Part shown: one piece after another, positions 20,593 to 30,679 of the stretch
How positions within the stretch are numbered: the first letter of the stretch is position 1
Layout: each line of letters begins with the position of its first letter
NCBI GenBank assembly: GCA_034530615.2
Contig: JAVRCV020000041.1
Span: 202,906 to 266,905, forward strand
Length of the DNA stretch: 64,000 nt
DNA from: Aulosira sp. ZfuVER01
GTDB lineage: Bacteria > Cyanobacteriota > Cyanobacteriia > Cyanobacteriales > Nostocaceae
Reading direction: 5' to 3'
The notes under the pieces: model-generated
What the model saw: only the letters and a program-made list of their open reading frames with translations
What the model was told of the DNA's origin: nothing
The model's database searches: none
Program-made: the position numbers and the translations under genes

Positions 20593-23500
20593 TTTTTTCT
20601 CCTCTGTCACTGCTCCTAAAGCTTTGAGTGTTGCTAATTGCGCTAGTGTTAACCCTGTGACCTCAGTTATATTCATCCCTTCATATGGTCTAGGCGATCG
20701 CAGTGTTTGCCAACACTCGCCTGTTTCAATAGCCCACAGCCTAATTGTTTCGTCTTGGCTACCACTAGCTATATTTCTACCATTCGGGCTAAATGCCACT
20801 GACCAAACTCCCATTGTATGCCCGAACAAAGTCATCAAGTCTTTGCTGGCATTCATATTCCAAAGCTTCACTGTTTGGTCTACACTACCACTAGCAAGTT
20901 GCTTACCATCAGGGCTGAATGCGACAGACCATACCCAATGGCTATGAAATTGAGCTATTCCTAAGCTTTTTCCTGTGTCAACTTCCCACAGTCTTACTGT
21001 TTTATCTAAACTACTACTCGCTAATATCTCTCCTTGAGGATTAAAAGCAATAGCTCTCACAAAATCGGTATGTCCAGAAAGAGTTTTTTCGCATCTACCT
21101 TCCGAAATATTCCATAGTCTGATAGTTTTTTCACTACCACTGGCGAGGATCTGCCCTTGCGGATGAAATGCCACTGACCTAACAAAATCAGGATGCCCGG
21201 AAAAAGTGGTGAGGCATTTACCTGTATGAGTATCCCATAACTTAACAGTGCGATCGCCGCTACCACTAGCGAGTAATTGACCATCAGGGCTAAAGGCTAC
21301 TGACCACACTCCTCTAGTATGTCCAGAAAAAGTGGCGAGGCATTTACCTGTATGAGTATCCCATAACTTGACAGTGCGATCGCCGCTACCACTAGCGAGT
21401 AATTGACCATCAGGGCTAAAAGCTACTGACCACACTCCTCTAGTGTGTCCTTGAAGAATTTTCTGGCATTTGCCCAAGTCAACATTCCACAACCTCACAC
21501 TAGCATCATCGCTGCCACTGGCAAGAATTTTACCTTCAGGATGAAAAGCCACAGACCAAACTCGACTAGTGTAACCTTGGAAAGTTTTCTGGCATTTACC
21601 TTCTCGTACATCCCACAATCGTAAACACGAGTCGTCACTGCCACTGGCAAGCATCGTACCATCTATGCTGAAAGCCACAGACCAAACTCGGCTACTATCA
21701 CCTTGTAGGGTTTTCCAACATTTAGCGATCGCAATATTCCATAATTTGATAGTTTGATCGTCACTACCAGTGGCAATAGTTTCTCCATCAGGGCTAAAAG
21801 CTACCGAGCAGATACCCAAAGAATGCCCTTGTAAAGTTTTCTCGCACTTACCGTGCTGAATATCCCATATTTTGACTGTGGCGTCATCGCTACCACTAAC
21901 CAAGATTTGCCCATTAGGGCTAAAAGCCACCGATCTGACACTGAGCGAATGTCCCTGTAAAGTTTCTTGGCACTTACCGTGCTGAGTATCCCACAGCTTA
22001 ATAGTTTGGTCATCACTACCACTAGCTAGTAATGTACCATCTGGACTAAAAGCAACTGACCTCACAAAATTGCTATGAGAGAGCAAAGTTTGGCTACACT
22101 CACCTGTATGAACAGCCCATAATTTCACTGTTGTATCATCGCTACCACTAGCTAGCAATGTACCGTCCGGACTAAAGGTAACTGACCTCACAAAATCAGT
22201 ATGAGAGAACAAAGTTTGGCGACATTCACCTGTGTAAATATCCCAGAGCTTGATAGTTTGATCTTCACCACCGCTAGCTAGCATAGGTTCAGTTGGATGA
22301 AAAGCAATTGACCAAACCCAACCCGTATGTCCTTTTAAGGTGCAAATTTTTGTAGTGTCAGCTACTCGCCATAATCGAATTTCACCATTAGTATCACCTG
22401 TCGCTAGAATTTCTTGATTTGGACTAAAAGCTATTGATAAAATACTGCCAAAAGTTTCTGTAAAAATTGATTTTGATAAGTCAGAACCAGTAAAATTTAC
22501 ATCATGCAAATTTACACCCTGTAAATTTGCTTGCCACACTGGTAAATAAGAGAAGTCATAACCACTTAAATCTATATTCAATTGAGAAATAAGATTGGCA
22601 AGATTTCCCCCGAAATATCCTGACTTATTAGCTAAGTTATCTCTTTGTTTATCTAAAATTTTAGTTAACTGAGATTCAATATTTCTGGAAGTTATAAAAA
22701 TATCAAGTAACCTTTCAAGCACTGGCTTAATAATTAAGCGTGTTTGAATCTCGCGTACATAATCTTTAGCAGTAGCTTGCATCAGCGCATGACTGTTACA
22801 TAAACTAATATGACCGTTACTAATCTCTTGGCAAACTTCCTCTATTAATCGGTCATTAATGTATTCCATGACTACAGGTTGCAAGGTAAAAAATGTAGAT
22901 TTATCCACATTTTTTTGCTCAATTAGCGATCGCCTACGTAGAGATTCTAGAGCTTCTAGTAATTTCCGTTTTGGTAGAGGCCGCACAATATCGTCTAGTA
23001 AATCGTCAATAGGAACTAACTCCCGCTTGATTGCCAGCCAATAAATAATTTCTTTTTCTAGCTCGGAAGTGCGCTCAAATTGCTGATCTAATAAATTGCG
23101 GGTGTCACCAAAAATTATCTCTCCCTGCTCCAGAAAGGCAACAATATTTCCACCAAACAATTCTCTAATTGGTTCAGAGACTAATTTTAATGCTAAGGGA
23201 TTACCAGAATAATTCTCAACTAGCTTTGCCCAATCTTGGCTTGAGCCAAATAACCCTTTATCTTTGATAATTTCTTGTCCTTCTTTTTCACCTAATCCGA
23301 CTAATGATAAGGTTCGGACTGGTGAGGTTTCCCCCTCTAAAGGTGCAAATTCTTGTGGCTTTTCCCGAGAAGTTATCACCAAGCAACTTTGATGTAGTTC
23401 TTCTCCTACTCTTCTGAGCAATTGACCATAATCTTCATATTCTTTCCTATAATGTCCGGCACGAGCACCTCCTTCTAAAATTGTTTCCAGATTATCTAAT

Positions 23501-24129
23501 ACCAATAGACAACGATGTTTTCGTAAATATTGAATTAACAGAGTTAATCTCTCGTCTACAGTTTCAGGTAAATTAGTATGTCGCTCCTCAGATATAAAGC
23601 GAATCAAATTAGCTAAAAGTTCTTCTAAAGGTGGAGCATTGCGTAAACTTCGCCAAATTAAGTACTCAAAATTCTCTTGGGTTTCCTTTGCTAGTTTTAC
23701 AGACAAAGAGGTTTTACCAATACCCCCCATACCTAAAATTGCCACTAAGCGACATTTATCTTCGACTAGCCATTGTTTGATCTGGCATAGTTCGGCATTT
23801 CGCCCGTAAAATAAGCAGATACTAGGCGCTTCACCCCAATCTTGATACTGGTGCTCTGCTTGTTTGAGAGTAGATAGAGATATCTGATAATCACCTACAA
23901 TAACTTGTTGTAACTTGGTGAGTTTACCGGGACCACTACCACTCACTGCAAATTTTTTGTAAACTTCACTTAATCTTTTGCGTACCGCTTCGGCACTAAT
24001 ATCTAATTCTTTAGCGATCGCATTTGGTGATTTTCCCTCTAAGGCATAAGGTAATACTTCTATTTCACTTTCTGACAAACTTCGTTCTTGGGCTAGAGCT
24101 AAAAGAAAGTCCTTGGGAATGATACTCAT
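20590..24129 (-). CDS. HTH + NB-ARC + WD40 STAND protein
   Basis: N-terminal HTH ([27 protein letters not shown]), [28 protein letters not shown], pentapeptide-like linker, about 14 WD40 repeats, RPYEGMNIT tail. Confidence 0.93.
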   Translation of the reverse strand: MSIIPKDFLLALAQERSLSESEIEVLPYALEGKSPNAIAKELDISAEAVRKRLSEVYKKFAVSGSGPGKLTKLQQVIVGDYQISLSTLKQAEHQYQDWGEAPSICLFYGRNAELCQIKQWLVEDKCRLVAILGMGGIGKTSLSVKLAKETQENFEYLIWRSLRNAPPLEELLANLIRFISEERHTNLPETVDERLTLLIQYLRKHRCLLVLDNLETILEGGARAGHYRKEYEDYGQLLRRVGEELHQSCLVITSREKPQEFAPLEGETSPVRTLSLVGLGEKEGQEIIKDKGLFGSSQDWAKLVENYSGNPLALKLVSEPIRELFGGNIVAFLEQGEIIFGDTRNLLDQQFERTSELEKEIIYWLAIKRELVPIDDLLDDIVRPLPKRKLLEALESLRRRSLIEQKNVDKSTFFTLQPVVMEYINDRLIEEVCQEISNGHISLCNSHALMQATAKDYVREIQTRLIIKPVLERLLDIFITSRNIESQLTKILDKQRDNLANKSGYFGGNLANLISQLNIDLSGYDFSYLPVWQANLQGVNLHDVNFTGSDLSKSIFTETFGSILSIAFSPNQEILATGDTNGEIRLWRVADTTKICTLKGHTGWVWSIAFHPTEPMLASGGEDQTIKLWDIYTGECRQTLFSHTDFVRSVTFSPDGTLLASGSDDTTVKLWAVHTGECSQTLLSHSNFVRSVAFSPDGTLLASGSDDQTIKLWDTQHGKCQETLQGHSLSVRSVAFSPNGQILVSGSDDATVKIWDIQHGKCEKTLQGHSLGICSVAFSPDGETIATGSDDQTIKLWNIAIAKCWKTLQGDSSRVWSVAFSIDGTMLASGSDDSCLRLWDVREGKCQKTFQGYTSRVWSVAFHPEGKILASGSDDASVRLWNVDLGKCQKILQGHTRGVWSVAFSPDGQLLASGSGDRTVKLWDTHTGKCLATFSGHTRGVWSVAFSPDGQLLASGSGDRTVKLWDTHTGKCLTTFSGHPDFVRSVAFHPQGQILASGSEKTIRLWNISEGRCEKTLSGHTDFVRAIAFNPQGEILASSSLDKTVRLWEVDTGKSLGIAQFHSHWVWSVAFSPDGKQLASGSVDQTVKLWNMNASKDLMTLFGHTMGVWSVAFSPNGRNIASGSQDETIRLWAIETGECWQTLRSPRPYEGMNITEVTGLTLAQLATLKALGAVTEEKK

Positions 24130-24247
24130 ACTCACACTGGACGGACTACATCCTCATGCTATCTCACAAAGTGAGTAAAGTATATTTGGCATGTGAGGGT
24201 TAGATAACTCTTTAGATATATTTAGAGTAATTTTACTTAAGTCTCTC

Positions 24248-24324
24248 TTGACGAGGTAACTTAGTTACTTTATAGTATTTTTAATCGCACTTTTGAGTAA
24301 CTTAGTTAAAAGCAAGGTAACTTT
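24248..24324 (+). promoter_or_regulatory. Sigma70-type promoter with palindromic operator(s)
   Basis: TTGACG (24248)-17 bp-TATAGT (24271); palindrome GTAACTTAGTTAC in the spacer (24256-24268), near-copy at 24297-24309, half-site at 24317. Confidence 0.65.
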
Positions 24325-24652
24325 AAAGAAACTTAGTGAGTCAAAGCTGATTCTGAAACAGGCGAATAATCAAAGTTGATTGCCTGCTTGTAAGAATTGC
24401 AGCTGAGGGGTTGATGTGTGTATTTGAATTAAACATGACCCTAAGAATTGATTGAGGAGCTTATTTTTCATCTGCAAATACCATGACCACCCTTGTGAGC
24501 ATTCCAACTCGACTCAGAAGTGGGATAGCTGCGTACCTTGGCTGGGTGGGGGCGCTTGGCATAGCTGTGCTATAGGCATTCGCTCCTAATTTAGCGTAGT
24601 CGAGGTAACGCACTCGCTGCCTAAATTTACATTTCAAAACAGGACGAAAGCT

Positions 24653-24892
24653 ATGAAAAGCAATTTCAAAGACGATCAAAACCTACTGTTTAGGTGGGCT
24701 TCTCGGGGACTTAAGTATTTTTTGCTGGTGCTGCTGGGCTTTGTCATCGCCTGTGTTGTGTCTCACAGTTTTGGTGCAGTTTCTTTCACTGCGATGTTGC
24801 TATCGCCTGGTCTCTGGATTTGGTTTTTCCGAATCGGAGTATTCCTATTTTGCCTGTTTGCGATCGCCATGATTATTGAGTCTTGGAGCTAA
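24653..24892 (+). CDS. Small two-TM hypothetical protein
   Basis: 79 aa, two hydrophobic helices, AGGA upstream. Confidence 0.6.
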   Translation: MKSNFKDDQNLLFRWASRGLKYFLLVLLGFVIACVVSHSFGAVSFTAMLLSPGLWIWFFRIGVFLFCLFAIAMIIESWS

Positions 24893-24998
24893 TTTCTGAG
24901 CTATTTTGCACTCACTCAATACTCATAGTGAACCTTAATCAAATCTGCCTTTGGTTAACTCGCACTCAACCAAAGGCTTTCCCAATAGGAGATGACAA

Positions 24999-25226
24999 AT
25001 GCCAAACCCCAACAAAAAAGGCTCCCCAGAAGAAACACTTTCACCGATTTTAGTTATTTTAGTTGCCGGGTCAATCTCTTTAGCAATTGTCAACAAAGAC
25101 AATCACCCAGCATATTTTGACATTGTAAAAATTGCAATGGCTTATAGCTTTGGTTCAATGAAGCCTCTAGGACAAAATAAACAGTCCAAAAACCAGAAAA
25201 ATGCAGATGATGAGGAGGTGAAATAA
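24999..25226 (+). CDS. Small membrane-associated hypothetical protein
   Basis: 75 aa, AGGAGA RBS, 10-bp hairpin upstream (24947-24977), hairpin downstream (about 25259-25300). Confidence 0.65.
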   Translation: MPNPNKKGSPEETLSPILVILVAGSISLAIVNKDNHPAYFDIVKIAMAYSFGSMKPLGQNKQSKNQKNADDEEVK

Positions 25227-25474
25227 TATCTCCGCGTTATAGCGTCATCATCTTTAAAGGGCTGATTACTTCCACTCTCCAAGGAGAGTGAAAGCAGCCC
25301 AATAAAATGGTGTTACAAAATCTTGGTGTTGCCATATTTCTATATGTACGGCTGGGAATGCAGCGCCAGGTGTTAAACTTTCTTTCAATATTATGAATTT
25401 TGAGTCTAATTTGTAAGCATAATTTAGAGCGATCGCTTATCCTGGCAAACAGCGATCGCTTCTACAATATAAGA

Positions 25475-26278
25475 ATGCTGTCAACTCCTACTCAACTATT
25501 ACGAATTTCCCAAGGACAACTTAATGTACTAGAACGTTGTCCCCGTCAATTTCAACATACCTACTTAGAAAACCTCAATTCTCCTTCAGATCCAGAACAG
25601 GAAGAACGACAAACTTTAGGTAGTCGCTTTCACCTGCTAATGCAACAGCGAGAAATGGGTTTGCCAATAGAGAGTTTTTTACAAGCAGATACCCAACTCC
25701 AAAAGTGGATGTCAGCTTTTGCTAGTGCTGCACCAGAAATATTAGCGCCTGCGTCTGATAGCCAAACTTTTAGAGAAAGCGAACACTACCGCACTCTGCA
25801 AGTTCAAAACTATCTGCTGACTGTTGTTTACGATTTATTAATTGCTGATAACCAAAAAGCCCAAATTCTCGACTGGAAAACTTATCCTAAACCACCACAT
25901 AAAAGCAAATTAGAACAAAACTGGCAAACACGTCTTTATCTCTATGTTTTGGCAGAAACTAGCGAATACTTACCAGAAAATATCTCCATGACTTATTGGT
26001 TTGTCCAGTCTGAAGGCAAACCGCAAAATATTAAATTTATTTACAACAGCGCTCAACACCAGCGAACTGCTAATGACCTTAATGAACTATTAAGCGATTT
26101 AACTTATTGGCTAGAACGTTATCAACAAAAAGAGCAATTTCCCCAACTACCATTTGGAAATAAAGCCTGTAACTATTGTCAATTTGCCACACGCTGCGGT
26201 CGCGCACAAGCAACTCAAGAAGAAAGCGAGCATAGTTCTCTGCCAAATCTCGCCAGTATAGAAGAAGTATCGCTGTGA
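25475..26278 (+). CDS. PD-(D/E)XK nuclease family protein (Cas4/AddB-like fold)
   Basis: CPRQF, GSRFH, YDLLI, ILDWKT, QTRLY, C-terminal CNYCQFATRC. Confidence 0.85.
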   Translation: MLSTPTQLLRISQGQLNVLERCPRQFQHTYLENLNSPSDPEQEERQTLGSRFHLLMQQREMGLPIESFLQADTQLQKWMSAFASAAPEILAPASDSQTFRESEHYRTLQVQNYLLTVVYDLLIADNQKAQILDWKTYPKPPHKSKLEQNWQTRLYLYVLAETSEYLPENISMTYWFVQSEGKPQNIKFIYNSAQHQRTANDLNELLSDLTYWLERYQQKEQFPQLPFGNKACNYCQFATRCGRAQATQEESEHSSLPNLASIEEVSL

Positions 26279-26280
26279 AG

Positions 26281-26368
26281 GAGAGGTGAGGGGAGTGTGG
26301 GGAGTGTGGGGAGTGTGGGAGGACAAGGAGGAAATAACTAATGGCCAATGACAAATGACAAATGACTC
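26281..26368. repeat. STRR tandem repeats
   Basis: GGGGAGTGT x3 and AATGACA x3. Confidence 0.7.
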
Positions 26369-26384
26369 TTAGTAAATAACTACT

Positions 26385-27029
26385 ATGACAAATGTTGATG
26401 ATATTGATACCGTTTATGTCCGGGAATTAGGAATTGATGACATAGCCCCTGTGTATCACTTAGGAGAAGAGTTATTTACCAGCGATTTATACCCTTATTT
26501 ATATAGAACTTGGGACGAATGGGAGGTGATTGGACTTTACAACACCGATCCAGAATATTGCTTGGTGGCTGAAATAGATGGCGAACTCGCCGGATTCATT
26601 TTAGGAACTATTATTACCAAAGCATCTTGGACTTACGGTTACATCCTTTGGCTGGGCGTTAATCCGCAATTTTAGCGTCGGGGCGTAGCAGATAAGCTAG
26701 TTGATAAAGTCGTCGCCCGCATGATTGAAGACGGGGCGCGGTTTATGCTGGTAGACACCGATCCCACCAACACCCCAGCAGTCAAGTTTTTCAACCGCAA
26801 AGGTTTTGGAAATATTCGCCAGCATATTTTCTTGTCGATGAATCTTAGCAAGCATCCATACTATGGCAGACTAATTGATTATGAACATCAAAAAGCCGAA
26901 AGAGCAGGTTATAGGCGATCGCGTCCTGCTGCAATTCGCACCCGTAAGCCTGAGGGATTTTCTAACGAAGTAGTCCTCAACCCCCTAGTACATGAACCTC
27001 AGGTAGATTTAATCATTAATGATGAGTAG
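26385..27029 (+). pseudogene. GNAT N-acetyltransferase interrupted by an in-frame TAG
   Basis: The two ORFs are in the same frame; GVNPQF*RRGVADKL has a stop at 26673-26675 inside the acetyl-CoA motif A. Confidence 0.8.
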
Positions 27030-27047
27030 TCAGTCAACTAATTATTT

Positions 27048-27145
27048 CTCCCTTGTCCCCCTTGTCCCCCTTGTCTCCCTTGTCCCATTTCTCCCCACAC
27101 TCCCCACACTCCCCACACTCCCCACACCTCCCACACCCCCCCTTC
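27048..27145. repeat. STRR tandem repeats
   Basis: CCCTTGTCC x3-4 and CCCCACACT x4-5. Confidence 0.75.
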
Positions 27146-27153
27146 TCTAAAAA

Positions 27154-29535
27154 ATGCAGTGGACTCTAGCCGCAACTGAACAGCCACCAGACTGGTTTAT
27201 CCAAGCAGTGAAAAAGTATACTCCTGCATCAAGTGGACTTTATGCAGCACAATTATTATGGCAACGGGGTATTCAAGATAAATCCCAATTAGAAGGTTTC
27301 GTCAACTATAAAGCTTACAAACCAGCTAGCCCCTTTGAGTTTGGGGAAGAAATGCATTTAGCAATGGCACGTTTGCAACAAGCACGCAATGCTGGTGAAA
27401 AAATTGCGATTTGGGGAGACTTTGACGCTGACGGAATTACCTCTACATCTGTGCTTTGGGATGGTTTGGGGCAATTTTTTGTACAAAACTTGCAGTTAAC
27501 TTATTACATTCCCAATCGCCTGAAAGAATCCCACGGACTCAACAATGCAGGTATTGAGAACTTAGCAAAACACGGTTTTACATTAATTGTCACCTGTGAT
27601 ACTGGCAGCACAAATATTGACGAAATTATTTATGCTCAAAAGCTAGGCATTGATGTCATAGTTACAGACCATCACACATTACCCGCAGAACGCCCACCAG
27701 TTAGCGCAATTATCAACCCCCGCAATTTGCCAAAGGAACATCCTTTATATAATCTTTCTGGGGTGGCGGTAGCTTACAAGTTGGTAGAAGCACTGTATCA
27801 AACTCTGCCTGATGTAGCAAAACATCCTTTAGAAGATTTATTAGATTTAGTGGCGGTAGGGTTAATTGCCGACTTGGTGCAGTTAAGCGGAGATTGTCGC
27901 TATTTAGCGCAATTGGGAATTCAACGTCTACAGGAAGATTTTAAACAACCACCAGCAGCACGACGGCGTCCGGGGGTGGGTAGGTTATTAGAATTGTGTC
28001 AGAAAAGCGGCGATCGCCCCACAGATATTTCCTTTGGTTTGGGGCCACGCATCAATGCAGTCAGTCGCATCCAAGGCGATGCTAGCTTTTGTGTAGAATT
28101 ACTCACAAGCCGAGATATCAAACGCTGTCATGAATTGGCAGAAGATACAGAACTAGCCAACGCCCGCCGTAAGTCTTTGCAGAAAGATGTGCAAACCCAA
28201 GTAGCGCAAAAGCTTACTCAATTAGATTTATCTACCACAAGTGCGATCGTTCTCGCAGATGCTCAATGGCCTGTAGGTGTGTTGGGCTTAGTTGCAGGAC
28301 AAGTAGCACAAGAAACAGGTCGCCCGACAATTTTATTAAGTACAGAAAGCCCTATTTCTGAAGACGCGGAGACGCGGAGAGAGGAAGACGCGGAGAATGA
28401 GAATATCCCCGCGTCACCGCGTCCCTTTGTCCCCCCATCTCTCCCCCTAGCCCGTGGTTCTGCCCGTTCCATAAATTCTGTTGACTTATACCAATTAGTT
28501 AAAGACCAAGCGCATCTATTACATCGCTTTGGCGGACATCCATTCGCCGCCGGGTTGAGTATGTTGGTAGAAAATATTCCCTTATTTTCACAAGCAATTA
28601 ACCAAAGGTTACGGCAATCCTTGGGCGGGAAAACTCTCACGCCTACAGTGCAAGCAGACATTGCAGTCACAGTTGCAGATTTAGGGAAAGATTTATTTTT
28701 AGAACTCAAAGTCCTAGAACCTTGTGGAATGGGTAATCCCGTCCCCAAATTGTTGATTCAAAACTGCTGGTTTGAAAATGCTTGGCATCGCAATCAACAA
28801 GATTCTCAAGGGAAAAAAGTACAGTACATCAAAACCGATTTTGATATTCGAGATGATTCTACGAGAAATGCTTTTCCGGGTATTTGGTGGGGACATTACA
28901 AAGATGAATTACCTATTGGTAGATGTGATTGCATAGCCGAGTTGGACTACAACACCTTTAAAAAACGCTACGAAATTAGATTAATTGCCGTTCGTCCCAG
29001 TGCTAACTCTGTATTCACTACTCACAATTCAGAACTGATATTAGATTGGCGCGATCGCGAACACTCCGAACTCAACACTCAAAACGCAGCAGTCATTCTC
29101 GCAGAATGTCCCACTAGCTGGGATGATTTACGGGCTTGGTGGAAGCGATCGCTCTACAATAATCAACAACTGGCGATCGCCTGGACTAAACCCCACCATC
29201 AATCGCCCAACCAAATTTGGCTAACTTTGGTAGGAATTGCTAAATACCTCAGTCGTACCAATCAACTAGTTACCCGCGTGCAACTGTTAGAAAAACTGGG
29301 CATTGGCAACCAAACCTTACTTTTAGGAATCAGAGCTTTAAAATATTTAGGATTCACCCTGCAACGCCAAGACAATTATTTGCGAATTATCCAAGAACCT
29401 AAAAATACTTCGGAAACCCAAGCCGAAACTGCTGTTGCTAAATTTTTAGCTGCGGTGCGCGAAGAACAATTTCAACGAGAGTATTTTGCGGAAGTACCTT
29501 TGTCTACGATTGTGGCGATGGTTAATACTCAATAA
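27154..29535 (+). CDS. recJ: Single-stranded DNA exonuclease RecJ
   Basis: GDFDADG, TCDTG, TDHH, GSARS, GGHPFAAG (DHH/DHHA1). Confidence 0.92.
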   Translation: MQWTLAATEQPPDWFIQAVKKYTPASSGLYAAQLLWQRGIQDKSQLEGFVNYKAYKPASPFEFGEEMHLAMARLQQARNAGEKIAIWGDFDADGITSTSVLWDGLGQFFVQNLQLTYYIPNRLKESHGLNNAGIENLAKHGFTLIVTCDTGSTNIDEIIYAQKLGIDVIVTDHHTLPAERPPVSAIINPRNLPKEHPLYNLSGVAVAYKLVEALYQTLPDVAKHPLEDLLDLVAVGLIADLVQLSGDCRYLAQLGIQRLQEDFKQPPAARRRPGVGRLLELCQKSGDRPTDISFGLGPRINAVSRIQGDASFCVELLTSRDIKRCHELAEDTELANARRKSLQKDVQTQVAQKLTQLDLSTTSAIVLADAQWPVGVLGLVAGQVAQETGRPTILLSTESPISEDAETRREEDAENENIPASPRPFVPPSLPLARGSARSINSVDLYQLVKDQAHLLHRFGGHPFAAGLSMLVENIPLFSQAINQRLRQSLGGKTLTPTVQADIAVTVADLGKDLFLELKVLEPCGMGNPVPKLLIQNCWFENAWHRNQQDSQGKKVQYIKTDFDIRDDSTRNAFPGIWWGHYKDELPIGRCDCIAELDYNTFKKRYEIRLIAVRPSANSVFTTHNSELILDWRDREHSELNTQNAAVILAECPTSWDDLRAWWKRSLYNNQQLAIAWTKPHHQSPNQIWLTLVGIAKYLSRTNQLVTRVQLLEKLGIGNQTLLLGIRALKYLGFTLQRQDNYLRIIQEPKNTSETQAETAVAKFLAAVREEQFQREYFAEVPLSTIVAMVNTQ

Positions 29536-29548
29536 TTCGCTTGAGATT

Positions 29549-30406
29549 TTACATGACTAAGCGACGATTGCCATACCATTGACTCAAATCAAGCTCAATT
29601 CCGTCAAGGATTGCGATCGCATCCACGATTGATTTTGCATCAACCGCCAAGCCAGTAAACACTGACTCTACTTGTTGTTGATAGTTCTGGGGACAAAGCT
29701 TAAAGCTATTGGCAATTGCCACTGCACCTTTCTCATTCACCAGGTACTCTTCATTGAGGGCAAATAATACCTGATTCATACAAGCTACACTGCGGAAACA
29801 GCAACCTGCGGCATAGGCAACATCACCACGTGCAATTGCCTTTTGAGCAATGAACAGTGAAAAACTAATTTCCCAGGCAAAAGTATTAATATTTGCTTGT
29901 TTCAGCTCAATCGGATAGGGGTTTGTCTTAGCCTTTAAAGCGTCTAAAATACCATACGGATCGTGAAGTGACAGACAATTGGCAACTTCCCCCATATAAA
30001 TAGAAGACACAAAGCCGTGTGGATGTCCTGGTTGGTAATCAATAGTGATTTTCCCAGCATGGCAATCAGCAATCACACGATTAACTTGAATCAAATCGCG
30101 ATAGAGAAAATCTACAGACATTCCTTCTATATGTAGCCAACCACCACCATTAATCCATTTTCCCCATCCACCAATTGGGGTGATGAGATTTGCGCGATGG
30201 TTATCGTCAAGTTCAGAGGCGAGGTGGTTGAGAGCAATCAGATCGAGCGGATTCTCTGGGTTGTAATATATTCCCAGATCCACATCCGACTTCGGTGTAT
30301 GATTGCCTCGTGCCCTTGAACCACCTAGAGCAATAGCTGCAATTCCCTGAATTGACTGCAAACGCTCAACAACGCGGTGGATGAACTGCGGTAATTGCTG
30401 GTTCAT
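29549..30406 (-). CDS. Pol-beta-family nucleotidyltransferase (DUF4037-like C-terminus)
   Basis: LGGSRARG...SDVDLG, WINGGGWL, VDFLYR, NEKG; GGAG RBS. Confidence 0.85.
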   Translation of the reverse strand: MNQQLPQFIHRVVERLQSIQGIAAIALGGSRARGNHTPKSDVDLGIYYNPENPLDLIALNHLASELDDNHRANLITPIGGWGKWINGGGWLHIEGMSVDFLYRDLIQVNRVIADCHAGKITIDYQPGHPHGFVSSIYMGEVANCLSLHDPYGILDALKAKTNPYPIELKQANINTFAWEISFSLFIAQKAIARGDVAYAAGCCFRSVACMNQVLFALNEEYLVNEKGAVAIANSFKLCPQNYQQQVESVFTGLAVDAKSIVDAIAILDGIELDLSQWYGNRRLVM

Positions 30407-30679
30407 ACTGGCTCCATTTTCACCACAACTCAAAATAATGGTAAGTCACCACTACAGCGTTTGAAGCCATCTGATATAATTTTTTCTCTCGCTTTCTTCT
30501 AAGAATCGCACGCGCAGGATGTCTAAAGTTTCTTTTTTGCTTTGTTTAAGTCCATGCATTGACTCGAGCAAACTCAATTTTAGTTACATTCAACTCCCGA
30601 TCTGGGAATCCTGAAAGAAACCGAACATTCACCTGGAGGATAGCTATTGGTGCGAAACTACGCATCTAGCTAGCAAATT

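Noticed and set aside
24256..24268. NtcA site
   Set aside because: GTA-N7-TAC is one base shorter than the GTA-N8-TAC consensus
25475..26278. Cas4 of a CRISPR system
   Set aside because: Stand-alone PD-(D/E)XK gene in a housekeeping context (GNAT, recJ), with no cas1/cas2 or array
29549..30406. CBASS cyclase or MNT antitoxin
   Set aside because: Looks like the common DUF4037-type nucleotidyltransferase; no adjacent effector or HEPN gene
30420..30590. Minus-strand remnant (GLKQSKKETLDILRVRF) resembling Rpn-type C-termini
   Set aside because: Short, stop-interrupted and only weakly similar; cannot be supported without a search
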